Source of the DNA: Candidatus Omnitrophota bacterium | GTDB lineage: Bacteria; Omnitrophota; Gorgyraeia; Gygaellales; Profunditerraquicolaceae | Length of the DNA: 64,000 bases | Assembly: GCA_041663665.1 (NCBI GenBank) | Contig: JBAYMG010000004.1 | Span: 8,559-72,558, forward strand | Direction of reading: 5' to 3' | In this document: in pieces, positions 1 to 9,203 of the stretch | Layout: every line of letters begins with the position of its first letter | Position numbering within the stretch: position 1 is the first letter of the stretch | Notes under the pieces: model-generated | Told to the model about the DNA's origin: nothing | The model's database searches: none | Seen by the model: only the letters and a program-made list of their open reading frames with translations | Program-made: the position numbers and the translations under genes

Positions 1-50
1 TAACAGCCGGGCTTTTATTTTTAGTAAAAGGGGATAAGCCGCAAGGTTTA

Positions 51-1847
51 TTGATTAAGTTATCAGCTTTGGCTGTTTCTTCCGCTGTTCTTTTATTGCT
101 TTTTACTACTTTTCATGGCAGTATCCGGTATTTTAAGGCAGAATCACATTTAATTGACAGGGTTATATTCTTTACCGAATTAGTTTTATCAGCGTATGTA
201 TTGTATTTAGGGTTAAAGTTTAAGCGTCTTTGGGTGACGCTATTTATTTTGCTTCAGGCAGTTTTAATGCTTTATTTTGAATATTCTTCCGACTGGAGAG
301 TTGTTGCCGAATACAATTTATTTATTGATAAATTTTCAATCTTGATGTCTTTAATTGTCGGCATTATTGGTAGTTTAATCTGCGTATATGCTGTTAGTTA
401 TATGCGCGATTTTCATAAGAAGTATCATCAAGAGATAGAGGACCGGCGTAGTTTTTTCTTTTTTGTTATTTTTGTTTTTCTTTCGGCGATGTTCGGGGTA
501 ATTTTTTCAAATAATCTTCTTTGGCTTTATTTTTTCTGGGAGATAACTACTGTTTGTTCGTTTCTGCTCATTGGTTATAAGAGGTCAGAGGAGTCCAGAA
601 AGAATGCTTTTCATGCGTTAGAGATTAATTTATTAGGCGGTCTTGCATTTTTGTTGGCAATTATCTATTTTTACAAGGCAACCGGTAGCGTTGAATTGAA
701 TAAAGTTATGCTGCTAGGCAAGGCCTGGGCCTTGATCCCTGTGATGTTGATTTGTTTTGCCGGGTTAACCAAATCTGCGCAGCTTCCTTTTTCTTCCTGG
801 CTATTAGGGGCAATGGTTGCACCCACTCCGGTATCGGCACTTTTGCATTCTAGCACGATGGTTAAAGCCGGGGTGTATATAATTTTACGTTTTGCTGCAA
901 TTTTGCAAGGGACTATGGCAGGTTTTGCCCTGGCTTTAATAGGAGGAGTAACTTTTTTAGTTGCTTCATTTGTGGCGATTTCGCAAAATGATGCTAAAAA
1001 AGTTTTAGCCTATTCGACTATTGCTAACCTGGGGTTAATTGTCTTATGCGCTGGTATTGGCACCTATGAAGCAATGTGGGCTGCGATTTTACTCATTATG
1101 TTTCACGCAATTGCTAAGTGCCTCTTATTTCTTTGCGTGGGCACGGTTGAGCATGGGATACACAGTCGTAATATTGAGGATATGTCAGGGTTAATCATTG
1201 CTATGCCTAAGTTGTCTATTTTGATGCAAGTGGGTATGGCAGGTATGTTCTTAGCGCCATTCGGCATGTTAATCAGTAAGTGGGCGGTGCTTAAGGCCTT
1301 GGTGGATTATAATCCTTTGTTGGCCATATTTGTAGTTTTCGGAAGCTCGGTTACGTTGTTTTTCTGGGTTAAGTGGATGGGTAAATTAATTATTGTTACT
1401 GAACCAAGAGAAGAAATTGAACATGGGGTAGGTAAAGGGCAATGGTTTTCTTTAACCAGCCTTTCAATATTAACTATTGGTATCTGCGGGTTTTTCCCGC
1501 TAGTCTCCTCCATTTTAATTGAACCGTATTGTCTTGAAATTTATGCCCGGACCATTACGATGAGCAAGGGAAATATTGAAATTATGTCGATTATGTTAGC
1601 ACTGGTTATGCTTTTCCCGTTGAGCTTTATTAATTATGGAAAACGGGTTAAAGTTGTCGATGCCTATTTGGGTGGGGCTAATGTTAATAATAATGTACAG
1701 TTTCGCGGTTCTGCCGGTGCAATTAAAAATATGTCGATGAATAATTATTACCTTCAGGATTATTTCAGCGAAAAGAGGTTATTTAAATTCGGAGTAATTA
1801 TTACTGTTGTTCTGGTGATTGCCATGTTGGGTTTATCTTTACTATGA
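51..1847 (+). CDS. echA: Ech-type hydrogenase membrane subunit EchA (NuoL/MrpA-like antiporter-type subunit)
   Basis: 598-aa polytopic membrane protein with the NuoL/M/N-Mrp signature 'WLLGAMVAPTPVSALLHSSTMVKAGVYIILRF'. First gene of an echABCDEF-ordered cluster. Confidence 0.8.
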   Translation: MIKLSALAVSSAVLLLLFTTFHGSIRYFKAESHLIDRVIFFTELVLSAYVLYLGLKFKRLWVTLFILLQAVLMLYFEYSSDWRVVAEYNLFIDKFSILMSLIVGIIGSLICVYAVSYMRDFHKKYHQEIEDRRSFFFFVIFVFLSAMFGVIFSNNLLWLYFFWEITTVCSFLLIGYKRSEESRKNAFHALEINLLGGLAFLLAIIYFYKATGSVELNKVMLLGKAWALIPVMLICFAGLTKSAQLPFSSWLLGAMVAPTPVSALLHSSTMVKAGVYIILRFAAILQGTMAGFALALIGGVTFLVASFVAISQNDAKKVLAYSTIANLGLIVLCAGIGTYEAMWAAILLIMFHAIAKCLLFLCVGTVEHGIHSRNIEDMSGLIIAMPKLSILMQVGMAGMFLAPFGMLISKWAVLKALVDYNPLLAIFVVFGSSVTLFFWVKWMGKLIIVTEPREEIEHGVGKGQWFSLTSLSILTIGICGFFPLVSSILIEPYCLEIYARTITMSKGNIEIMSIMLALVMLFPLSFINYGKRVKVVDAYLGGANVNNNVQFRGSAGAIKNMSMNNYYLQDYFSEKRLFKFGVIITVVLVIAMLGLSLL

Positions 1848-2698
1848 ATATCTTCCTGAATATTTTACTTTATTTGATTTCAGCGCCTTTAATCGGAGGG
1901 CTCTTGTCAGGTATAGATAGGAAAATTACCGCGCGCATGCAATCTAGGATCGGCCCGCCTATCCTGCAGCCGTTTTTTGATGTTTTAAAATTAATTCAAA
2001 AGGATAACCTGGTAGTCAGGAGATCTCAAAATTTTTATATCGGGTTTTTTCTTATTTTGGTTATTTTTACCGGTGGTTTATTTTTTACCGGCAAGGACAT
2101 ACTGTTGGTAATTTTTGCTTTTACTTTGGCAGCTATATTTTTTGTTTTGGCTGGATTTAAGGCTAGTTCACCCTATAGTTTTATCGGTGCTCAGAGAGAG
2201 TTGCTGCAAATGATGGCTTATGAGCCGATTATTATTTTAAGCGCAGTGGGCATGTATATGGTTACGCGCAGTTTTTATGTAGTTGATATCATAGCCTATG
2301 GCAAGCCTTTAATCAATTATTTACCGGGTATATTTTTTGGTTTGTTGTATATTTTAGCCATGAAGTTCAGGAAATCACCCTTTGATTTATCTACTTCACA
2401 TCATGCCCACCAGGAATTAGTCAAAGGAATCACTACGGAGTTTTCCGGCAGGACGTTGGCAATGATTGAGATTGCACATTGGTTTGAAAATATGTTCATT
2501 TTAGGTATTATCTATTTGTTTTTCGCTAGTTTTCCCCTAGCCGGTATACTTTTGAGCTTATTGTCCTATTTTTTAGTTATTCTTATTGATAATACTTTTG
2601 CCAGAGTTAAATGGCAATTAGCTTTGTTCAGTTCCTGGTTAGTTGCTTTAATTTTTGGTTTTGGAAATCTTTTGATTTTGTTTATTTTACCTAAATAA
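1844..2698 (+). CDS. echB: Ech hydrogenase membrane subunit EchB (NuoH/HycD-like)
   Basis: 284-aa membrane protein whose N-terminal 'RMQSRIGPPILQPFFDVLKLIQKD' resembles NuoH/HycD; overlaps echA stop by 4 nt. Confidence 0.8.
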   Translation: MNIFLNILLYLISAPLIGGLLSGIDRKITARMQSRIGPPILQPFFDVLKLIQKDNLVVRRSQNFYIGFFLILVIFTGGLFFTGKDILLVIFAFTLAAIFFVLAGFKASSPYSFIGAQRELLQMMAYEPIIILSAVGMYMVTRSFYVVDIIAYGKPLINYLPGIFFGLLYILAMKFRKSPFDLSTSHHAHQELVKGITTEFSGRTLAMIEIAHWFENMFILGIIYLFFASFPLAGILLSLLSYFLVILIDNTFARVKWQLALFSSWLVALIFGFGNLLILFILPK

Positions 2699-2700
2699 AA

Positions 2701-3621
2701 ATGTCATATTTAAAAAAATCTCCCTGGGTTATTCATTATGATGCCTCAAGCTGTAATGGCTGCGATATCGAGGTTTTGGCTTGTCTTACTCCGGTTTATG
2801 ATTTGGAACGTTTTGGGATAATTAATACCGGTAACCCAAAGCATGCGGACATATTCTTAGTTACCGGTTCGGTAAATGAACAGAATAAAGAAGTAATCCA
2901 GAATATTTATCTTCAGATACCTGATCCTAAGGTGGTATTAGCTTTGGGTGTTTGTGCGACTTCCGGAGGCGTATTCCGCGAATGTTATAATGTTTCCGGA
3001 GGGGTGGACAAGATTATTCCGGTTGATGTTTATGTGCCGGGGTGCGCTGTACGCCCGGAGGCGATAATTGACGGGGTGGTTAAAGGGTTAAAAATTCTTG
3101 AAGAAAAACATAAAATGTTTAAAGCCATTAGCGGCGGAAAAGAAAAAGTAGATATTTGCCAAGCGGTTGTTGAAGACGATCAAGAGATTCTTAGCTTGCA
3201 GAAATTAGCCTATCAAGGAGAGGCGGAGATTTATAATGATTTTAGCCTTTCTCCGCTGGTTCAAACGTTAGGGGAACTGAAAAATGATTTTAAAGATATG
3301 CTTTTCTTAAAAAGCACTATGCATGGTAAAATTATCGGTTCAGTACGGGCGTATGTGCAGCAGGGCACTTGTCATATTGGCCGGGTAATCGTACATCCAA
3401 GTTATCAGAATTATGGATTAGGCAAAAAGTTAGTACACCAGATTGAATCCCGTTTTCCTCAAGCCACTAGGTATGAGGTTTTTACCGGGCATAAGAGCCG
3501 GCGTAATATTTATTTTTATCAAAGCTTAGGGTATAAAATATTTAAACGGGAAATGGTTTCCGAGCTGCGTGACAGGGTTTTTATGGAGAAGTTGGGATTA
3601 ATGGGGTTAAAAAATGATTGA
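2701..3621 (+). CDS. echC: Ech hydrogenase small subunit EchC (NuoB-like, [4Fe-4S]) with C-terminal GNAT acetyltransferase-like domain
   Basis: N-terminal ~137 aa match NuoB/EchC ('SCNGCDIEVLACLTPVYDLERFGI', 'GVCATSGG', 'VDVYVPGCAVRPEAI'). C-terminal ~165 aa show a GNAT fold signature ('GRVIVHPSYQNYGLGKKLVHQIE', 'IYFYQSLGYKI'). Single continuous frame. Confidence 0.75.
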   Translation: MSYLKKSPWVIHYDASSCNGCDIEVLACLTPVYDLERFGIINTGNPKHADIFLVTGSVNEQNKEVIQNIYLQIPDPKVVLALGVCATSGGVFRECYNVSGGVDKIIPVDVYVPGCAVRPEAIIDGVVKGLKILEEKHKMFKAISGGKEKVDICQAVVEDDQEILSLQKLAYQGEAEIYNDFSLSPLVQTLGELKNDFKDMLFLKSTMHGKIIGSVRAYVQQGTCHIGRVIVHPSYQNYGLGKKLVHQIESRFPQATRYEVFTGHKSRRNIYFYQSLGYKIFKREMVSELRDRVFMEKLGLMGLKND

Positions 3622-3967
3622 AGAGCAGAAGTTGATCGGAATTGAAATTAAAGATTTATTAAGCCAGGTTGGTGATCTGCATAGTTCCGGCCATAGATTG
3701 GTGCAGATTGGTTGTACAAAATTGCCTGAACACTTGGAGGTAAATTATTCTTTTGATAAAGGGTACCGGTTGGTTAATTTAAAGATTAAGGTTATAGATT
3801 TAAATATTGAAGTTCCCAGCGTAAGCAATATCTATTGGTGTGCATTTCTATATGAAAACGAAATTCACGATTTATTTGGCGTAAAATTTAAGGATATTGC
3901 TGTAGATTATAAAGGTAATTTTTATCGTACTTCAATAAAAAGAGGTTTTAATCCGCAAAATGAATAA
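3614..3967 (+). CDS. echD: Ech hydrogenase subunit EchD (NuoC-like)
   Basis: 117-aa protein in NuoC/EchD position between small and large subunits; overlapping start/stop with neighbours. Confidence 0.65.
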   Translation: MIEEQKLIGIEIKDLLSQVGDLHSSGHRLVQIGCTKLPEHLEVNYSFDKGYRLVNLKIKVIDLNIEVPSVSNIYWCAFLYENEIHDLFGVKFKDIAVDYKGNFYRTSIKRGFNPQNE

Positions 3968-5045
3968 TCCTAAGAGAACGATTATCCCTTTTGGCCCGCA
4001 ACATCCGATTTTGCCTGAGCCGATCCATTTGGATTTGGTAGTTGAAGATGAGAAAGTAATCCAGGCTATTCCTTCGTTAGGTTTTATCCATCGTGGCCTT
4101 GAAAAGCTGGTTGAGAAAAAAGATTTTATCGATTTTGTTTATATTGCCGAAAGAATTTGCGGTATCTGCAGCTTTATTCATGGCCTGACATATTGTCTTG
4201 CCATTGAAGAAATTATGCAGATAGAGGTACCTAAAAGAGCTGCTTATCTTCGCGTAATCTGGTCGGAATTATCGCGAATCCATAGCCATCTTTTATGGCT
4301 AGGGTTGACTGCTGATGCTTTTGGTTTTGAGGCACTTTTTATGCATACCTGGAAATTAAGGGAAAAGATTTTAGATATTATCGAGGAAACTACCGGCGGA
4401 CGGGTTATTTTTGGTTCGGCTAAAATCGGTGGAGTAAGAAAAGATATCCTGCCTGAGAAATTAGATGAAATTATTAAAAGCTTGGAGAAGTATTCTCAGG
4501 AGGTTAAAGAGATTACCGATGTTTTTATAAATGACAGCTCTGTTAAGCATCGTTTAGTCGGAGTCGGAGTGTTAAGCAAAGAAGATGCTTATTTACTGGG
4601 GGCTGTCGGGCCAACACTTAGGGCAAGCGGAGTGAGTTTAGATACGCGTAAATTAGGTTATGCTGCCTATCGAGATATTGATTTTAATCCGATAATTGAA
4701 ACAGCTGGGGATAGCTATAGCCGTTGTCTGGTTAGAATCAGGGAAATTTTTCAATCCGTCGATATAATTAAGCAGGCAGTTGGCAGGATGGATTCAGGAG
4801 ATATTGAAGTTAAAGTAAGCGGTACGCCTAAGGGTGAATTTTTTGCCAGGACTGAGCAGCCCAGGGGTGAAGTGATTTATTATGTTTTAGCTGATGGGTC
4901 GCGATTTCTACAAAGATTAAGAGTACGTACTCCTACTTTTGCCAATATCCCCGCTTTAGTTAAGTTAATTCCCGGATGTCAATTGGCTGATGTGCCGATC
5001 TTAGTTTTAACCATTGATCCCTGTATAAGTTGTACGGAGCGTTAA
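3960..5045 (+). CDS. echE: [NiFe] hydrogenase large subunit, group 4 (EchE/NuoD-like)
   Basis: N-terminal Ni-binding motif 'RICGICSFIH' and C-terminal 'DPCISCTER' (DPCxxCxxR) diagnostic of [NiFe] large subunits; 361 aa fits EchE. Confidence 0.85.
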   Translation: MNNPKRTIIPFGPQHPILPEPIHLDLVVEDEKVIQAIPSLGFIHRGLEKLVEKKDFIDFVYIAERICGICSFIHGLTYCLAIEEIMQIEVPKRAAYLRVIWSELSRIHSHLLWLGLTADAFGFEALFMHTWKLREKILDIIEETTGGRVIFGSAKIGGVRKDILPEKLDEIIKSLEKYSQEVKEITDVFINDSSVKHRLVGVGVLSKEDAYLLGAVGPTLRASGVSLDTRKLGYAAYRDIDFNPIIETAGDSYSRCLVRIREIFQSVDIIKQAVGRMDSGDIEVKVSGTPKGEFFARTEQPRGEVIYYVLADGSRFLQRLRVRTPTFANIPALVKLIPGCQLADVPILVLTIDPCISCTER

Positions 5046-5046
5046 G

Positions 5047-5385
5047 ATGAAATTATTTGTTATGGCAAAAAAGGTCTTAAGGAGTTTGTGTTCGAAGCCG
5101 GCTACATTTGGTTATCCTTTTGTGCCCAAAACTTATTATAAAAATACACGCGGTAGTATTGTTATAAATATTTCAAAATGTATTTATTGTTCGACTTGCC
5201 AGAGAAAATGCCCGGCTTGCGCCATTGTGGTAACAAAATCTGAGAAACAGTGGAAAATTGACCGCCTGCGCTGTGTGTCTTGCGGATATTGTGTGGATGT
5301 CTGTCCGGTTAAGTGCCTGGCTATGGATAATAATTATTCTTCTTCGACTTTAAAAAGAGAGGAGGAAATTTTTAGGCGTGCATGA
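5047..5385 (+). CDS. echF: Ech hydrogenase 2x[4Fe-4S] ferredoxin subunit EchF (NuoI-like)
   Basis: Two CxxCxxCxxxCP motifs ('CIYCSTCQRKCPAC', 'CVSCGYCVDVCPVKC'). Confidence 0.8.
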   Translation: MKLFVMAKKVLRSLCSKPATFGYPFVPKTYYKNTRGSIVINISKCIYCSTCQRKCPACAIVVTKSEKQWKIDRLRCVSCGYCVDVCPVKCLAMDNNYSSSTLKREEEIFRRA

Positions 5386-5716
5386 ATATCATATTGTTAA
5401 AAAGATTATTGAAGAGGTTTTAGCCAAAGATAATAATCAAGATGTTATTGAGATTTCTTTGTGTGCTAGTCAATCAAGCGGGCTAGACCCGGATTCAATT
5501 AGGCTCTATTTTGAAGATATCCGGCAAGAGCATCCCTGCCTGAGAGATAGTGAATTAAAGATTAGCTTAGTTAAAGTTAAGTTGCATTGCCCGAAATGTA
5601 ATTTAGATTTCGAACGCCAACAAAAAGATTTTTCCTGCCCAATATGCTCTTGCGAATCTGAGCGTTCTGCATCACAAAAAGAAATTTATGTTGATAAACT
5701 GGTATTTAGGCCTTAA
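5378..5716 (+). CDS. hypA: Hydrogenase nickel insertion protein HypA
   Basis: Starts 'MHEYHI', ~112 aa, Zn-finger CxxC...CxxC ('CPKCN...CPICSC'). Confidence 0.8.
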   Translation: MHEYHIVKKIIEEVLAKDNNQDVIEISLCASQSSGLDPDSIRLYFEDIRQEHPCLRDSELKISLVKVKLHCPKCNLDFERQQKDFSCPICSCESERSASQKEIYVDKLVFRP

Positions 5717-5718
5717 GT

Positions 5719-7023
5719 ATGTGTTATGCCATTCCCGGGAAAATAGAATCGATTAATGCCAAAATGGTTACGGTAGATTATTTTGGCGAGAAGAAAAAAG
5801 CTTTGAATGAGCTAACCGGATTATCTGTTGGTGATTATGTTTATGCCCAGGGCGGCTATCTTATCTCCAAGGTTCCTCAGCAACAGGCAGAAGAGTCGCT
5901 TTCTATTTGGAAAGATTTATTTTTTAGCCTTAAGGAGCTGGACAATCGCCTTGCCCAATATCCTAATGATAAAAAAGATAGCCAAAGCAGGTCTGCAAAG
6001 ATATTCCGCAAAGTGACTCAGGCGCAAGATCCTTCTGTAGATGAGCTAGGATATTTGCTTTCGCTTACCGAGAAAAACGAATTAGAGGAATTTTTTAAAT
6101 TTTCCAATTCTTTACGTAAAAGCTATCTTAGTAACTCTTGTTGTGTGCATGGAATTATTGAGATCTCTAACTATTGCCAACGGCAATGTAGTTATTGCGG
6201 AATTTCTACGCAGAATAAAAACCTTAAGCGTTATAAGATGACTAAGGAGGAGATTATTCAAAGCGTAGAAGAAGCTGTAAATATTTATGGTTTTAAGGCT
6301 TTGGTTTTGCAAAGCGGAGAGAGTGACGCCTATGGTATTGAGGAATTAGTTGAGATTATCAGTCAGATAAAGAAAAGATTTGCGGTCTTAATTTTTATTA
6401 GCTTCGGCGAGATTGGGAAAGAAGGGTTAGCTAAATTGTATCAGGCTGGAGCTAGGGGCCTTTTGATGCGTTTTGAAACCAGCAATCCTGATTTGTATGA
6501 GAAGTTGCATCCTGGCGCATCTTTGGATGAGAGGTTATTACAGATTGATTACGCCTACAATTTAGGTTATTTGATCATTACCGGTGCGCTCATCGGTTTA
6601 CCGGGTCAAACCGGTCAGGATATAATTAATGATATCCGGCTTGCCCGTAAGCTCCATGCTGAAATGTTTAGTTTCGGGCCGTTTATCAGGCACCCGGAGA
6701 CTCCGCTGGCCAAAGCAGTGGAATCTAAAGAAGAAGATATCTTAAAGGTTTTAGCTTTGTGCCGATTATTGGCAGATGCGCAAACTAAGATTTTAGTAAC
6801 TACGGGATTTGAGAGCATTAGTAACCAAGCCCGCGAAAAAGGCCTTGCTTGTGGAGGAAATTCGGTTATGCTGAATATAACGCCTTTAAAATTCCGCAGG
6901 CTGTATAATATTTATCCGAATCGGGCACATGAGCAGGAGACGATTGAAACTCAGATTAAGGATGTTTTGGATCTATTGAAAAGCATGGGCAGGGCGCCTA
7001 CTGATTTAGGGGTAAGTGTTTAA
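5719..7023 (+). CDS. Fusion protein: N-terminal HypC-like [NiFe] maturation chaperone domain + HydE-like radical SAM enzyme
   Basis: First ~55 aa 'MCYAIPGKIESINAKMVTVDYFG...VGDYVYAQGGYLISKV' match HypC/HupF (MC[LY]AIP). From ~aa 110 a HydE-type N-terminus and radical SAM core ('LSLTEKNELEEFFKFSNSLRKSY...GIIEISNYCQRQCSYCGIS', CxxxCxxC). Length 434 aa = HypC (~80) + linker + HydE (~300). Confidence 0.7.
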   Translation: MCYAIPGKIESINAKMVTVDYFGEKKKALNELTGLSVGDYVYAQGGYLISKVPQQQAEESLSIWKDLFFSLKELDNRLAQYPNDKKDSQSRSAKIFRKVTQAQDPSVDELGYLLSLTEKNELEEFFKFSNSLRKSYLSNSCCVHGIIEISNYCQRQCSYCGISTQNKNLKRYKMTKEEIIQSVEEAVNIYGFKALVLQSGESDAYGIEELVEIISQIKKRFAVLIFISFGEIGKEGLAKLYQAGARGLLMRFETSNPDLYEKLHPGASLDERLLQIDYAYNLGYLIITGALIGLPGQTGQDIINDIRLARKLHAEMFSFGPFIRHPETPLAKAVESKEEDILKVLALCRLLADAQTKILVTTGFESISNQAREKGLACGGNSVMLNITPLKFRRLYNIYPNRAHEQETIETQIKDVLDLLKSMGRAPTDLGVSV

Positions 7024-7049
7024 AAAGTTAAAGGGAGGTTAAAAAGCTA

Positions 7050-7667
7050 ATGAATATCTGGCAGTTGGTTAAAGTAGGCGGTTTTACTATGGTGCTGCTT
7101 TTATTGGCGTCAGTATTATCTCTGGCAATTATTCTGGAAAGAATTATTTCTTATCGTAATAAAACTAGAATAAAAAGAAAAGATTTTATGTTAAGAATAC
7201 GTGAAGCATTAAAAAGGCAGGGAATAAAGCCGGCTATTGAGATCTGCAAAACTACCAACACTCCTTTTGCCCAGGTAGCTTACGCCGGTTTAAGTTTCTT
7301 TGATTGCAGTGAAAAAGAGATATCCAATAATATGGAGCGTCAGATCATAATCGAAACTACAATTCTTGAACGTTTTACTTCGATCATCGGTACAATCGGA
7401 AGTATCTCGGTTTACGTGGGGTTATTCGGAACAGTTTTAGGGATTATCCGGGCTTTTCATGATATATCAGTCAGTGGTTCCGGAGGAATCAGTGTAGTAA
7501 TCAGCGGGATATCCGAAGCTTTGGCTTGCACTGCTGCCGGGCTTTGTGTTGCAGTTCCGGCGGTAATTGCCTATAACTATTTTATGAAGAAGATTGATGA
7601 TTTCATTAAAGATATGGAACTGGTGGCTTCTGAGTCTATGGATTTAATCAGCGTAATAAAAAAATGA
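7050..7667 (+). CDS. MotA/TolQ/ExbB family proton channel protein
   Basis: 205 aa, 3 TM segments, conserved C-terminal TM region typical of ExbB/TolQ. Confidence 0.75.
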   Translation: MNIWQLVKVGGFTMVLLLLASVLSLAIILERIISYRNKTRIKRKDFMLRIREALKRQGIKPAIEICKTTNTPFAQVAYAGLSFFDCSEKEISNNMERQIIIETTILERFTSIIGTIGSISVYVGLFGTVLGIIRAFHDISVSGSGGISVVISGISEALACTAAGLCVAVPAVIAYNYFMKKIDDFIKDMELVASESMDLISVIKK

Positions 7668-8068
7668 GACAGTTAGCCAGAAAACAGAAACTGATTGCTG
7701 AAATAAATATCACTCCGTTTACGGATGTTATTTTAGTTCTTTTGATTATTTTCATGATTACGACTCCGCTTATTTTGCAGTCAAATATCCGGGTCAATTT
7801 ACCGACTGCGGCAACTGGAAAACCGATAGAACAGGCCGTAAAAATTAATATCATGATCACTAATGAGGGCCTGATCTATTTAGATAATAAGCAGGTTTTA
7901 AAAAAAACGCTTAAGTCTGAGGTTGCCAGGTTAAGGCAAGTTAACCCCGAGCTGGAAGTGATTTTATTCTCGGATAAAATGGTCAGGTTTAAGGATATCG
8001 TCAGTCTGTTGGATATCTTTAATGAGCTGGGAATAAAAAACTTAAATATTGCCACAAAAGTAGAATAA
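7664..8068 (+). CDS. ExbD/TolR family biopolymer transport protein
   Basis: 134 aa, single N-terminal TM ('INITPFTDVILVLLIIFMITTP'), translationally coupled to upstream ExbB-like gene. Confidence 0.7.
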   Translation: MRQLARKQKLIAEINITPFTDVILVLLIIFMITTPLILQSNIRVNLPTAATGKPIEQAVKINIMITNEGLIYLDNKQVLKKTLKSEVARLRQVNPELEVILFSDKMVRFKDIVSLLDIFNELGIKNLNIATKVE

Positions 8069-8083
8069 ATTCTAAAGAATAAT

Positions 8084-8113
8084 TGACAATCGGGAAATTT
8101 GTGCTACTATAAT
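8084..8113 (+). promoter_or_regulatory. Sigma70-like promoter upstream of atp operon
   Basis: TTGACA (8084-8089), 18-nt spacer, TATAAT (8108-8113) in the intergenic region before the atp genes. Confidence 0.5.
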
Positions 8114-8203
8114 GATTGCTTATAAAAAAGCAGTTACACTTTTAACAGACGACTTAAATCCGATGGTGGATAGAAGGCGTCATTTTTTTTATCATAAGGG
8201 TTT

Positions 8204-8437
8204 ATGTCAAAAGAAAATTTTTATAAGGGGATAAAGATCGTGGGTTTTGTTTCTTTTATTCCGTTTATTTTAGCGGCTGGCCCGCTTGCAGGTTATTTTA
8301 CCGGTAATTTTTTACAAAAAAAATTAAATTTATCATCTTTGTGTGTATTTTTTGGTATTGCTTTCGGGTTTTTAATATCAATTACTGAAATAATTAAAAT
8401 TATAAAAGCGGTAAATAGGATAAATAAAAATAAATAA
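8204..8437 (+). CDS. Small membrane protein, putative ATP synthase AtpZ/AtpI-like
   Basis: 77 aa, two hydrophobic helices, immediately upstream of atpB; assignment by position only. Confidence 0.35.
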   Translation: MSKENFYKGIKIVGFVSFIPFILAAGPLAGYFTGNFLQKKLNLSSLCVFFGIAFGFLISITEIIKIIKAVNRINKNK

Positions 8438-8447
8438 ACTTTAAATC

Positions 8448-9191
8448 ATGAGTGTTCCAGAGCTTCCAGATATATTTGCAATTCTTGCAACTAAATTTCC
8501 CGAAAACAATTTTTTTAAATTTGTTTATCTTTGGGAAAATATTAGCTATTCTCTAGTCCTGGTTTTAATTTTAGGAGTTTTTGCTTTTTTTGCCTGCCGC
8601 AAAAAGAGTTTAATCCCAGGCCGCCTGCAAAATGTTGCTGAAGCTATTGTTGGTGGTTTAGATGATTTTGTCTGCGGGATTCTTGGGCCGAGCGGGAGGA
8701 GATATACCCCTTTTATCGGAACGTTATTTATCTACATTCTTTTTATGAACCTAGCCGGTTTAATTCCTTTTATTAAATCCCCGACTGCCAGTTGGTCGAC
8801 GACATTGGCTTTGGCTTTGTGTGTATTTTTTTATGTGCAGTATGCGGCAATCAAAGAACTGGGTTTTCTGGGGTATTTAGATCATTTGGCGGGTAAGCCT
8901 CGCGGGGTTTTAGCTTTTACAATTATCATGCCGTTATTTATGTTTGTTCTACATATTGTTACTGAGTTGATCCGCCCGTTAAGTTTATCTTTACGTTTGC
9001 GCGGCAATATCTGGGGGGATGAAATTTTGCTAGGGTTACTTTCTGGTTTTGGTATCACGGGCTTACCGCTTTTATTTTTTAATATGCTTATGGCAACTTT
9101 AGCTGCAGTTGTCCAGGCTGCAGTTTTTTGTTTATTGACTACTATTTATTTTGCACTTGTTTTAAATCACGAAGAAGAAACTGTACACTAA
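8448..9191 (+). CDS. atpB: F0F1 ATP synthase subunit a
   Basis: Conserved 'LSLSLRLRGNIWGDE' (a-subunit Arg motif), polytopic. Confidence 0.85.
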   Translation: MSVPELPDIFAILATKFPENNFFKFVYLWENISYSLVLVLILGVFAFFACRKKSLIPGRLQNVAEAIVGGLDDFVCGILGPSGRRYTPFIGTLFIYILFMNLAGLIPFIKSPTASWSTTLALALCVFFYVQYAAIKELGFLGYLDHLAGKPRGVLAFTIIMPLFMFVLHIVTELIRPLSLSLRLRGNIWGDEILLGLLSGFGITGLPLLFFNMLMATLAAVVQAAVFCLLTTIYFALVLNHEEETVH

Positions 9192-9203
9192 AGGGAGGAT
9201 GGA

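Noticed and set aside
1-50. Possible terminator fragment AGCCGGGCTTTTATTTTT at the window edge
   Set aside because: Stem too short within the window; the upstream part is cut off, so it cannot be evaluated.
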